A stretch of DNA of 64,000 nucleotides, counting the filler, from Perkinsus olseni (taxonomy: Eukaryota): assembly GCA_013115125.1 (NCBI GenBank). It is 20 parts of 20 records of this genome, joined end to end, with 100 filler letters (N's around TTAATTAATTAA, not from the genome) between each part and the next. Parts side by side here need not be neighbours in the genome. Positions count along the whole stretch, not along the records: positions 9,862 to 13,043 come from JABANN010001446.1; positions 13,144 to 16,325 come from JABANN010001447.1; positions 16,426 to 19,605 come from JABANN010001448.1; positions 19,706 to 22,875 come from JABANN010001449.1; positions 22,976 to 26,141 come from JABANN010001450.1; 15 more parts are not named here. One strand, given 5' to 3'. The first letter of the stretch is position 1; every line of letters begins with the position of its first letter. Of the stretch, positions 11,835 to 23,729 are shown in pieces. A program made the position numbers and the translations under genes. The notes under the pieces were generated by a model. It searched no databases, was not told the DNA's origin, and saw nothing but the letters and a program-made list of their open reading frames with translations.

Positions 11835-13043
11835 CCCTGGCGGGTCCCTGGATAGAGGAGATGTGGAATCCCGAGCAGCCTGTTGTGATGATTGATGTTA
11901 GTCAATGGCGATCAGCTGCAAAAGAGGAGTTCATAGCGGCCGCGGATGAGAAAGAGGATTGCAGGGTTTACAGTCGAGCAGAAGCCCAGTTGACGTGACA
12001 CGCTCATCTCCCCCGTGCTGATTGTCTGCCGTCCGATTCGTGTATGCGTTTGCTTTTTCTCTTGTCAGTCATCGCTTAGTTGGGTGGTGTTTCGGTTATC
12101 AGGTCATCAAGTCGTTCGTAACGACGGTGCCGCGCCCCAGCCTGGCGACTAGCAAGGGCGAGTGAAGACATGGTGATTCTCTCACCATACGTGAAACAAG
12201 TCAAATTAATACAAGGCTTGCTGGCCGCTGGAGACAGATCAGGTAGGTTATCCTTAGTTGCGACTCTAGCTTGCACTCCGAATTTCCAGTGTAGAGCCAC
12301 TGTGGCCCACAGTCTGTGGGTGGTCTCAGTAGCGCAGGACTTCGTTCATCACTGTATGTCCGGAGGTCGCGCTCATTGTAGTGCTATTCCGTTCGACGCT
12401 GGTAGCTGGTGGTAGCCCCCTTCACCACAGGGGCTACCTCACACTGGGCGCCTACTAGCTCCCCTGTGAAAAGCCTTTCGCTGGAAGAAAGCTGGGCGCC
12501 TCGGTCTCCCTGAGGTTGCACTAGTGGGTGTGTTGATTGAACTTATGCTCCGCGGATGTCGAGGTTATGACGGTCGATCGGTCTCAAGGCAGAGACTGGA
12601 AGGTGGTGGTCATCTCGCTAGTGCGGTCGAGAGGCTTTGATAATGAGTGTGGTGGCGACGCTTCCACGGACGTCCTCGGTGAGTATTCCCATGTTGTGAC
12701 TTGGCGTACCGATCCTTGCCCAACTTCTCCCTGTGCCACGGGTGTGCTCGTCTGCCATTGGCTGGCGAATTCCAATTTGCATGCCCAGTTCACTCGTACG
12801 GAGCATGCTTATAGTGTCAAACTCTGCATGACCATATTGGTGTAAGATATGCTCATGAGCTATACAGAACAACAGGAAATTACAGAGACAGAGTGATTGT
12901 CGCTATAGTAGAGATGTCTCTGAATCACAACATATCTTTGCTGCTTCTTGAAAGATTGAGCTTCCCAAATCAGGTTTGTTGGACGATTGGCGTCGGCTCA
13001 ACGTGGCAATTACTCGAGCGAAAGTGAAGGTTATCATAGTCTG
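11835..13043 (+). CDS. DNA2: DNA2-like SF1 helicase, C-terminal exons only (partial)
   Basis: Motifs YSRAEAQL, MVILSPYVKQV, VEVMTVDRSQGRDWKVVVISLVRS and LLDDWRRLNVAITRAK, typical of the Dna2 helicase C-terminus. Confidence 0.8.
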
Positions 13044-13560
13044 NNNNNNNNNNNNNNNNNNNNNNNNNNNNNNNNNNNNNNNNNNNNTTAATTAATTAAN
13101 NNNNNNNNNNNNNNNNNNNNNNNNNNNNNNNNNNNNNNNNNNNAACCCACACCGTGTGGGTTTTCTTGTGGCTGAGTTTCACGCGATAGGTGTCAGCCCA
13201 GGTTGCATTACGATAGCTCGGCAACGCTGCTTGAGCCCGGTCTCTAGTCCGAAACACCTGTAAGTTTTGTTGAGCCGGTCAAGGCTAGCGAAGGCTAACC
13301 TTCTCTCCATTAAGGTATTTCGGAAGACGTAAACATGACACTCGTATGTCGGCGGAACACTTGCGCTGGGCGTGAGTGAGCAAGAATATTTTCTACTCGT
13401 GCCCAGCGTTTCCTAAGCACCTGCCACGAAAGTGGACTCTGGATAAGCCGGTCGCGCGCCCAGTCGTGTCTCCGAAAGAGACGCCTTCTCTCAAGTGCTC
13501 TCTTACACTTAAATAAGCAAATTGTACTTGGACGTAGAAACCAACGTATCGAATGTAAAA

Positions 13561-13644
13561 TCCGGCAACCCGGAATCGAACCAGGGACCATCCGATATCT
13601 AGATGCACTACAGTCGGACGCTCTACCAACTGAGCTATTGCCGG
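13561..13644 (-). tRNA. tRNA-Tyr(GTA) with 11-nt intron
   Basis: CCGGCAA TA GCTC AGTTGGTA GAGC G TCCGA CT-GTA-G [tgcatctagat] A TCGGA TGGTC CCTGG TTCGATT CCGGG TTGCCGG A; intron at the canonical 37/38 position. Confidence 0.95.
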
Positions 13645-13727
13645 TTGAAATTATAAAATCACAAACAAGCCGACCGGGGTATAATATGTCAAAAATTTAC
13701 AACCGACAGCGGACACACAAAATAGTA

Positions 13728-13800
13728 CGCTCCACGATGGGTTCGAACCACCGACCTTGTGGTTAACAGCCACACGCTCTGCCTACTGAGCTAGCGGAGC
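13728..13800 (-). tRNA. tRNA-Asn(GTT)
   Basis: GCTCCGC TA GCTC AGTAGGCA GAGC G TGTGG CT-GTT-AA CCACA AGGTC GGTGG TTCGAAC CCATC GTGGAGC G. Confidence 0.95.
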
Positions 13801-14424
13801 CTCGATGAGTATTTGTTGCAAGCTCTAAGAATAAATTTTACATGTTGCGACCACGTGCAGTTTGTCCCAAATTTTCGGGATTTTCCTGTTGTGTCGGATA
13901 ATTGTGGTAAAAACCTTGAACAGGAAGAGTTGAAGGATGGTACTCAGTGTTTTGGAATCCTCACGGTGATCCACATCTACTGTGATGGCGCTCACAAAGT
14001 CTATCAACTCAGCAAATGGCTGCTCGTCCAGGAACCTATTTTGAGAAGCTACGATATGCGAATAATGGGTTATTCGTTTGACGGTCCTTATGACGTTCAA
14101 CAGTTGAACTTCAACTACATTTCTTTTCCGTGATATCCGCTCCATCCCTCGTACAGTCAACAGAATGTGTATTCAAAATCAACGTATGCAACTGGGCATC
14201 ATGGTCCAGAAGCTGAAGCCTGGTCTGCTAAAACTTGAAGGCCATGGGAAAGTCACGGGTCATGGGAAAGACTTTTTTTGCGCAGGAAAAAGTGTCCTAC
14301 GAGAGATTTTCTCGAGAGACTGCACTGACAAGCGTATCCCCTTGTCATGCGGTCATTTTTTCACCCAATAGCTCGCATACCATCACTTACGAGGACTGAT
14401 AAAAGTTATATCATATAACCCACA

Positions 14425-16325
14425 ATGGCCGCCGTCGACACGGCGAGGCCTCGTCGGCGAGGCATGCCGGCGCCATGCGATGCGAAGATCATTGGTACTC
14501 TTCAGGTGATCGCTATCTTGCTCTCGGCGGTCCATGAGCTAGAGAGAGTCGATGAGATGGTGGGCCTTCGAGAGTTCGAAGTGGCGGTTCCTCCAACTCC
14601 AGTGACAACAAGATGCACCCCCACGACGGAAGGGATTAGACCTGACGCGGGTTTGGACTGCGCATACTCCGCGCATGCCCATTTTTCTTTATGGGCCACT
14701 TTCAACTGCCCGGGGGTGACCATAGCGCTGCCATCCGCACCCCTATCTGTGACTTCAAACGGTCAAAAAATGACTCTGATGAGCAATGCCGATGGCAGTT
14801 TTTCTCAACTTTGGGAAATGGGTGCTCCCAGCGGGGTTACCTCAGACAGGGGGGATGAGTCGCTCCGGAGAGTGTTCAGCATCGGACAATCATCCGCAGC
14901 GAATGCCGAGCTCGGACTTGTGGATGAGCTTAGGGTTGCTACTGTGGATGAGTTACAACGCCGGATACGCTGCAGGCTTGAGGGCTCTGAAGGAAAGAAC
15001 TGCGTCATCCGCGTCTCCGGGGGTTCACCGAGAGAGTGCGACGTTGCAATCGAGGGGATTGGGCCTATTGTGTTTTGGATCGATTGGCCACTCTTGTACG
15101 ACGTTTGCAAGCTTGCGACGAGACTTTCGCTTATCATCGCTCTGGTGAATAACTTGACAGCGGAGTGGTATCGCCTTGTCGGATACCTCGATACGGCAGC
15201 GATATGTAGCTCTGCCGGAATCGAGAGCTGGATCAGATGGTCGGCGAGTCTTGCCTGTACGAAGTGCACCATCTGGATTCCCTTAGAAGATCACTCGGGC
15301 AGCTCACCCCTAGAGTGGAAGTCCTGGGGCGGCGACACGCCTCCGATCGTGGCCGTTGACTTCCACTTGGCCTACAGCGCTGTGTGGTCGTCTGGCGAGC
15401 CACAGCCTCTCGGATGGTATAAAGATGTTATCATTACTGTAACGCTCAGTCACAGCACGATCTCCTTGGGGACATCGAAGTGTACAAGCACAGGGAGCTG
15501 GAGACTCCGGGGATCGACCTCACACAAAATCGCGGAGCCGTTTCACGCTGGTTTGTTGTTCAAGAGCAAAGAAAAGGGCCGTACGATGAAGGCGAATGTG
15601 GAAGTTGATCCCGTCAAGGTCGTGCTCTCCACCTCGGATATCGTCATCATTGGGGCGATCGCAGAGATCTGCGCGAGTCTGTATTCTGATGTGGATGCAG
15701 ACGGTCAAAAAGTATCCCTCGATATTGGTTTGCCTGCCGCCCAGGAGCAGCCGAATGCCGTCAAAGGAGAAGCTCAGCCGAGCTCATACCCTCCGAGCGA
15801 GTCATCCGATGTTGTCACTTCTCCAAGAGAAGTATTGTCCACCAGATTCGCCTTCAAAGTGGCTGCTCTACAGGTGGAAATTGTGGACGCCGGAACAGCG
15901 ACCATTTTCCGGAGCAGCCGTCCGAAAGCCTCGTTCAAGTTCGCGATGGCCACTATTGAGGACCTTAGCATTACAGCATCTTCCGAAGTAGATATTACTT
16001 TCACGTCACATCTGAGCTCGGGTGTGCTGCAAGAGTGGCTCGTAGATTTGTCCCTGGGAGTCGACGTATTCAATCGACCGCTCAGTGGGTATGAGCCTTG
16101 CGTCGAGCCTGTGCAGCTCCGTATGGTGCTCGGCTCTGATAAAGGTGGCCTCAGCGACGACCTGTGGCGTTTGACACTGAACTCCACTTGGGTGAATATC
16201 TTGATAACCGAGTATTGCTTGGAATCAGCCTTGGCGTTCTATCACAGTCTGGTGAATCGTCTCCAGGAGTTCTCGTCGACGATCGACGAAACTTATCATA
16301 GAGAGTGGGTACTTGACTCTGCACA
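14425..16325 (+). CDS. VPS13: VPS13-family lipid-transfer protein fragment, runs off contig
   Basis: ORF over 630 aa, beta-rich, containing VDVFNRPLSGYEPCVEP (matches the VPS13 YFN...WEPxIEP motif) followed by VNILITE. Confidence 0.65.
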
Positions 16326-16425
16326 NNNNNNNNNNNNNNNNNNNNNNNNNNNNNNNNNNNNNNNNNNNNTTAATTAATTAANNNNNNNNNNNNNNNNNNN
16401 NNNNNNNNNNNNNNNNNNNNNNNNN

Positions 16426-17224
16426 ATGTGGCTGAAGACGGGACAACTGAAGATCATCGACAGAAAGAAAAGTATCTTCAAGCTCAGCAATGGAGGTGAG
16501 TGTTTTCTCATTCGCCTTTCTCATGCGGTTGTAGGAACACACAAATCGCTGTTGTTTGGCTTGTCTAGCGGTTGATGCTATCCGAGTTGCAGCTTCGCTC
16601 TTCCCTTTCAGAATACGTTGCTCCTGAGAGGATCGAGAACATACTCATACAGTCGCCATACGTTGCTCAAGCCTTCGTCTACGGCAACTCGCTGAGGTCT
16701 TCTTTAGTGGCGGTCGTAGTTCCCGACTTTGAGAATTTGTCCGATGAATTGCAGAACCGAGATGCTCTCAAGTGAGCCTAAATACGGTTCCCTTGAAACT
16801 GACGTGTAGAATGCTAGTTTTTCTTTATCCACGAATCCTCGTCTTGTTTTGGTTCCTGATTTGCACCGAGACCATCGACTGTTCAGGTGCTGAGTACTTT
16901 CAGGTCCCCTGAGGATATTTGTCGGAGCGAGGATGTGAATTCTCTGATATTGAAAACCCTACGCGAAGTCTCGGAGAAGTCCGGCCTTAGAAAGTTCGAA
17001 TGGGTGCGTCCCGGTCTGCAGTAGTCAAAAACCCACATGCAAGCCTGACTCAGGTGAAGACAATTCACTTGTCTCCTGTGATGTTCTCTGTCGATAACGA
17101 CATACTCACGCCGTCCTTCAAACTTGAACGTAACGTCGCCGTGAAGGTGTTTTAGAAGGAAGTCGACGCCTTGTATGAACAGATCGGGGAAACTGTAGGC
17201 CCGCGTTCTCCTCTGGCCTCCTGA
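16426..17224 (+). pseudogene. Long-chain acyl-CoA synthetase C-terminal exons, in-frame TAG at 17153-17155
   Basis: GQLKIIDRKKSIFKLSNGE|YVAPERIENI...AQAFVYGNSLRSSLVAVVVPD...ILTPSFKLERNVAVKVF*KEVDALY. Could be a truncated allele or a base error. Confidence 0.75.
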
Positions 17225-17769
17225 TCAGCGCATGATTCCTCCAATGTGTCCTGTGGTGGATTTACTCTTCAACCCCATTTCCGGACAGCTGCCACGGCCG
17301 TTCCATATATTTCCACTGCAACCTCAGGGGGTCGATATTTCTCCACTTCCCGTTTTTCAGATGATAGACTTGGAGAGATCAAAGCTGTGAAAGTGGTGGC
17401 GAGGTGTTTATAGAGGACAGGCTATACTTCAGCCGTCGAATTTCTTAAGCATACATTCAAAGTCGGATGAGTGCGCTCCCTACATGATTTTTAAGAGTAC
17501 TCGCCGTTCCTGGCAACTCAGTGGGAATTTCAATTATCCCCATCGCAGTGTTTCTCATCCATGCCTCTGTTATAGCTTCAGTGCGTATTAATGAAAAGGG
17601 CGCGAGATGAGTGCTCCCAAGAAACGACAGAACTCTGTCGGTTCTGCCATACAAGTATTTTCGGTCAATCTACCTCGTTAGATACGCGAGCGCGCTCTCG
17701 GTACAGTGTTATCGTCGTGTGCGCTGACGCAGGAGAATTGAAGTGAACCGACTTGCTTCGGTGGACCCG

Positions 17770-18210
17770 GAATTCCCATGATGCAGAAGTTGGGAGGGTG
17801 AACAGTGCATGGCTTTGCTCTGACCTGCTCAGTACTCATCAGTGTCAGACTTAGCAGTCAGGCAGTAGCCTACACTCGCTGCCATCTGAGAGTTGGTGGC
17901 CTTCACTGTTCAGAAGGACATAAGAATACTTCCTGAATCCATACCCAGTCTGGGTTGACTCCAACATCCTATCTCCACATCCAGGGAGCGGAGGGCAGGG
18001 TCGAGCTCATATCCGCCTTTATCACAGCCATCACAACTTATGGGTGTATCTACTGCTAGCACTCGTTGCTAGCTCTAGCATTGAATCATTTGAAGTACTG
18101 CATTCCTCCTCGCGTAACCTACTCCCGCGCACAACACTTTTTGTGCGCGCGTAATATCTGCTTGGTAATTTCGCTCACGCCGATCCTCCTGCGTAGGATT
18201 GCTACCAGGC
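17770..18210 (+). repeat. Dispersed repeat, homologous to 60265-60610 on the opposite strand
   Basis: 41/43 identity between 18164-18206 and the reverse complement of 60268-60310. Also EVGRVNSAWLCSDLLSTHQCQ here versus EVGTVNGEWLCSDLFDLHQCQ there. Confidence 0.75.
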
Positions 18211-18492
18211 GCTGAACTGGGAATTGCGAATTCTATTGGAGCATGGAGAAGAAATGTTTGAGGCACGCCTCCCACTCAGAGCTGCGCTCTATTGTTAGCT
18301 GGCCTACCAATTAGACGAAAACCGATATACGCGAGGCAAGATGGCTGAACGCCGCGGTGTTTGTTCATTTCACGTAACAGTATAAATCAGCGAAATCAAT
18401 CCATGTTTGGAGGCGCTCTATCTCTCGCTGCAAGATTGCCTCCGTCTTCGGATGCTGCCAGAAGGTTTGAATGTGTCACCATGTCCTGCTGT

Positions 18493-18670
18493 TACTCATC
18501 ATCAACACTCATTCCCGATGAGCATGTTGTTCTGGTGCTACTCATCATCAACACTCATTCCCGATGAGCATGTTGTTCTGGTGCTACTCATCATTAACAC
18601 TCATTCCCGATGAGCATGTTGTTCTGGTGCTACTCATCATCAACACTCATTCCCGATGAGCATGTTGTTC
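18493..18670. repeat. 46-bp minisatellite, about 4 copies running into a gap
   Basis: Unit tactcatcatcaacactcattcccgatgagcatgttgttctggtgc starts at 18493, 18539, 18585 and 18631; a degenerate copy follows the gap. Confidence 0.92.
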
Positions 18671-19289
18671 NNNNNNNNNNNNNNNNNNNNNNNNNNNNNN
18701 NNNNNNNNNNNNNNNNNNNNNNNNNNNNNNNNNNNNNNNNNNNNNNNNNNNNNNNNNNNNNNNNNNGTTCTGGTGGCACTGATTCATTGTTTGTTGACCA
18801 TGTTGTTCTGATGGAACTCATCATAATTACTCGAGCTTCATGGTAACGTTTACTGACTACTCTGCACTCTATCACTATAAATGACTTGTCATTATACTCA
18901 GGTTAGCTGTATACCAACATCTGTTATCATCGTGTATAGTTGCATGGCACTTGTGTGAACCGCGTGGACTGTAACTTAGTCGCTCATTCTCATGCAAAGG
19001 AGATGTCAGACGAGTTGGAAACCTGCCTTCCATGACTTATAGAGACGATTAGCGTTGAACGATGAGGGCTGAAGATCGCATGTGCCGGTGTGTTTACACA
19101 CTGTGAGTACGTCTTCAGGCTTTCTTCCGGTCTATGTCTTGCACTCTGCCTGAAAGCGACTCATTCGAGGTAGGGCTGCTCGGTTGCTACGCTTGAATGC
19201 GGAGACTTCCATTCCGAATTTGGATTCGCTAGTCTCATCGCACCACGCAGTATGAGCATCAACACGCTCACCTTGTTGAGCGCAATCAG

Positions 19290-19605
19290 AGTATAGGTCG
19301 CCTTTCAGGTGCCACACTCGGCCATTCCCGGCGTCAGCGGTTCTGTGTATCGGCATCCAGGATACAAGAATCGATTGCAAAGATTCATTGACGATGATTC
19401 GTCCATTGTCACTAGCTTCGATGTCTTCAAAAGGGTGAGTGGGTGCGCACGTAGTTACGGAACTCGGACCCGTCCAACATCTCCGGCTTTCTTTGTCTTT
19501 GTCCAGACTGTGGAGAGGTACCCGGATCGTCCTTGCCATGGCACTCGCCCTTTACTGGATGATGGTTCGGTGGGCCCATTTGAATGGCAGACTTATAAAG
19601 AGGTT
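19290..19605 (+). CDS. Long-chain acyl-CoA synthetase N-terminal exons (next tandem copy); start uncertain
   Basis: GSVYRHP...IVTSFDVFKR|TVERYPDRPCHGTRPLLDDGSVGPFEWQTYKEV, typical LACS N-terminus. Confidence 0.75.
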
Positions 19606-19705
19606 NNNNNNNNNNNNNNNNNNNNNNNNNNNNNNNNNNNNNNNNNNNNTTAATTAATTAANNNNNNNNNNNNNNNNNNNNNNNNNNNNNNNNNNNNNNN
19701 NNNNN

Positions 19706-20205
19706 GACCGTATGGAGATGGGTTATCACCAACATCCCAGAGCTATGAAGACTACTGTGCTGATAGCCCTGATGATTGTTCATCTTTAGTCGATGCATTG
19801 AATGGTGGTGCGAGGCCTGGGGACCCTACTCGCATAAGATATCATTGTGAGTACTGCTCATGGATTGACTATTTCGGCATTGGGCCAGCATGGAGCGAAA
19901 CTGGTTGTAAGGATGATGATTCTTCCCTAGTCCATTGCCCTATTAACGTCCATCGTTGGCATAGTGTCATTCTCAGCTCTCCTGAGCGTGCAGGTAATCA
20001 TATAGCATTCGATAAGGTCTGCTACGACCAGAAGATACCGGAAATGGCCGAAGTGAGGCGGAAAGTGTTGGAGGGCGGAAGAAGGCAGAAAGCTGGTAAT
20101 ACCGGCGAGTTGACCAACGATGAGAGTCTTGCCCTCCTCCTGGGAGTGGACCCCCCTGATTGCCCGTATGCTCCACCAACACAAGCAGACCTTTGTGTTT
20201 GCTGA
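19706..20205 (+). CDS. C-terminal fragment of a Cys-containing protein, possibly an upstream paralog of the GT61-like gene
   Basis: Open frame from the contig edge to TGA at 20205 (...RIRYHCEYCSWIDYFG...QADLCVC). Confidence 0.5.
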
Positions 20206-21475
20206 ATTGTGCTCAGTTCTATACATCTTTAGTACGACAGTAGATCCAGTCTTGCCGGCTGATCATGATTTGTTTCCTTGTTTATTACAGTATCCATTTT
20301 GTTCACTATCCCCACAGGAGTACCACATTATTTTCTCCTCAAGTGTGTAGGACTGCTTGCGTTGTCCCTCTTCTATGAGGAGCTCATCATCCACTCGTTG
20401 TACTAGTTTGTTCCAACCCTTCAGTTTGGCCATGCCCTTCGTACCAGTACATGAGCGGAAAAGGAGAGATGTAGTACCCCCACGAGCATCCTATACAATA
20501 CCATTGGCGTTTCTGAGTTCCCTCATGCCCGTCATCGCCACTAGAGATTATCCCTCATGCGCTCCCACACATCGAGTCTTCTTTCCATCTGTCAGATGAT
20601 AAAATATCGTTTCCGTATTTCCGAACTAGCTGTCCGCGCAGCCATCTTACTCTCGGCGATCAGATAACCATCGGCCCCTCCTCAGCCAATACGACCGATG
20701 GTGTTTATTATCCGTCTACTGCTAGTCCACACAACGAGGAGGTATTACTTTATCAAGTGTTTTATAAGTCTGTCATATTCTCAGTATCCAGCACAGAGGC
20801 TTTCTAAAGCCCAGGAGTTACTGCAACCCTCACCAACTCCTTTGAGTATCGTTAAAGGGATGTGAGCATCGTGGTTCTTCATCGTCCGATGCCTATCATC
20901 ATCATCATCGTTATGTCAGGAAATACGCCAAGCCAGAGCTTGCTCGTTCGTTACCTAGTCTTCAACTTCTCGATAAGTGCGTCTACTCCCGCACAGTAAA
21001 ACCTGTGGAGGAGATGGATGAAGCAACGCCCAGTTCCATTGATGAGATACCAGCAGGTACTACATGACGCTTGCTAGCTCGCAATTAGGGAGGAGAGTAC
21101 TGTATCTTATGATGTCAGTCATGGGTTGGAGCAGACCACCTAAAAATGCTATACCGGCACCAAGGTATCTCGATTCTTGTTTCTTCCCGGACTCGTTTCT
21201 GAAGTCCAAGGAGCAGCAAGCATGGTTGAAGGAGGAGTTTGATAGGCGACGGAAGGTATTTCGGTGCAGCATTGCACGCAGGTTCGATCCCCAGCGCCGG
21301 CTTTTCTCAGGAAGCCAGCGCAGTAGTTACCACGTGCAGTAGTAATGATAATGCGCCGCAACCCAAACAGGGGTCCTTGTCATTCAACCTCTCTACTGCT
21401 GATGGTAAAATACCGAGGAGTGGTGTATCTGAAGTTGGGGATCCTAGTTTAATGCCGGTCCCTGCAGGCCACAGG

Positions 21476-21509
<34 letters not shown>

Positions 21510-21785
21510 TATACTCGGCAATCGTAGTCAGCTCTCGGAGTCTTTCTCAGATTTCCTCGCGGTATTGCGACCATCTTCGCACGGCAACCGAGGCTTTTGT
21601 GAACCTCTCTTACAGTATGCTTATCATCATCAGGTGTGCCATCTTGATGGAAGTATTGTGTTCACCACCCTGGGTTGTCAGCAGCAGCAGCTTGTGGCGT
21701 CTGTTGTGTGTTGGAGCTATCTCCCGTCTAGTTTCAGCCGCCGATTGTTCACCTATTCTTAGTTTTTACTTCTGCTGCTCCGGCG

Positions 21786-22875
21786 ATGGGATTGCCGTCC
21801 GTTGTCGATTCTGTTTCCGAGCGGAATGCTCATAATTCTCCTCTGCTGAGAGCGCTGTCTTTCCTACTCCGAATCATGCTTGTTGGCTGCATGGTTGCGG
21901 TACAATTGTGGTTTATGAATGGCGGCGACTTCGGCGTCTGGGATAAAACGACTTTGTTAATATCCACACCTTCTAGTACTACCTCCCTGGTAACTGGTGG
22001 TAATCTAACAGACAGCATGAGTGGTAGGCCATCATTTATCGAGTATATATCCCCTCCTCCTCCTGCTGGTGCTGGTGGTGGTGACGGGGTAGAATGGTCA
22101 AGAATACAATGTGTTGGTTGGCATCGGAATAGATCATGTGCTTTTGATAATATATACTATGATAAAACTGACGATACATTTTATATCCTATTACCATCAG
22201 ATCCGTTATTGAGAGGTAATATAATGAGGGCACCTTATGATGGTAAGGCATTACAATACCACAACTCCCCTATCACCTATCATGAGGATACTGGCATACC
22301 CGTCACTGAGGATACTATCAGGGAACTCACCAGGGGCTGCTCTCGTGGACCCAAGGGTAGGACCGAGTTCAAACCGGAGGTGATACTGATGGACCAACCA
22401 GCATCATCATCAGCGTTGAGGAAATGGGAAGAGACCATCTCTAAAGATAAGGTATCGATTGTTGATGGAATCAGCGCGTATTTTGGTACGTTATGGTGTC
22501 AAAATGTTGGTCACTTTATGTATGATAATGTTTATCCCTTGTGGGTTACCATCCTTCGTTTCGGGTATCTCAATGAGCCAGTTAATATACTCGGGCTTGA
22601 AGATGTTACTTCCACTGAGGATGATGTGAAGGGTTGGGACCATTGGGGCATGCTTAAGGCGATGGGTCACACTCAAAGGAGTGGACTCACTTCTACACAA
22701 CTTGACACCCCTCTTAATAGATTTCAACGATTGTTAGTTGGGTCAAGATGGATGGGACATCGTGACCAGCAGAGGCATATGGGCATGCCGGGGTCTTACT
22801 CATATGAGAATGCTTTGTTTTGGTATGGACAGCGGATATTAGCTGGTTATGGTATACTTGATTGGGATACTGCAT
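21786..22875 (+). CDS. Type II membrane glycosyltransferase, GT61-like (POMGNT2/EOGT-like), 3'-truncated
   Basis: N-terminal TM segment and stem, then CVGWHRNRSCAFDNIYY and QNVGHFMYDNVYPLW, resembling the GT61 NxxHxxxDxxxP motif. Confidence 0.65.
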
Positions 22876-23729
22876 NNNNNNNNNNNNNNNNNNNNNNNNN
22901 NNNNNNNNNNNNNNNNNNNTTAATTAATTAANNNNNNNNNNNNNNNNNNNNNNNNNNNNNNNNNNNNNNNNNNNNGCGAGACTATCCGATCACACATACG
23001 GTTCGAGTAATTAACGCCAGCGAGCTCCGCCCCCTTCGCACCGAAGGCCTAGTGTTATTCGGTTCAGCTGCCTCCTCACGCAAATCGCGGCAAATTTGTG
23101 CACGAGTTATTTCGGTAGCTAGAATTCCTAGAGGAAGATTAGAACCTATGCCACATACGTGCATAACAGCCGACTCGACCAACTCGCCTGCAAAGCCGTT
23201 CTCGATCCCAAAAGCAAAAGGGTCCAATGCCCACGACTACATATTGATGCCTGTGGATACCTCCCGTTCGTGACATCTATAGATGAGAAGGGCTCACACT
23301 GAACGCCACAAACCTAGAGAGGACAGAGGATAGTGCACACCTGGTGCTACCAGGCTGGGAGTTGCGAAAAATTGGTCGGTTCAATAAACTGTAGTGCCTT
23401 GTCAAAGCGAAATTGGCGCAGTGGTTGGAGCGTCTGTTATCTAGCGGTTCACTCGAAATCGATCCCAACAGTAAGTGATGCGAAACTGAAGTGCCGGAGT
23501 CCCTGGATCGGGGAGGGCACAGGATGCCCTTCGGCCTCGGACACAGTCCGCACGGTCTGCGCTCTTCTTTGAATTGACTCCGTCGATAGTGGGAACGAGA
23601 GGTCAAGCTGAAGGCAGGACAGAACTTCGAGCCTTCTGTCACAGAAGGCAGGATTCCTGCCGCAGGACAGAAGGCAGCTCCAAATGACGTTGCCGGTGAG
23701 TCACCGGCGGTGACAATCCGATGGTCGGT

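Noticed and set aside
13813..14371. Short ORFs between the tRNAs and VPS13
   Set aside because: No recognisable motifs, and they overlap on both strands, so they are probably spurious.
18493..18670. CRISPR-like array
   Set aside because: Units abut with no unique spacers, there are no cas genes, and the context is eukaryotic.
20636..20660. Partial spliced-leader-like word (gcagccatctt)
   Set aside because: It lacks the GGCTCAAG end. No full leader was noticed in the window.
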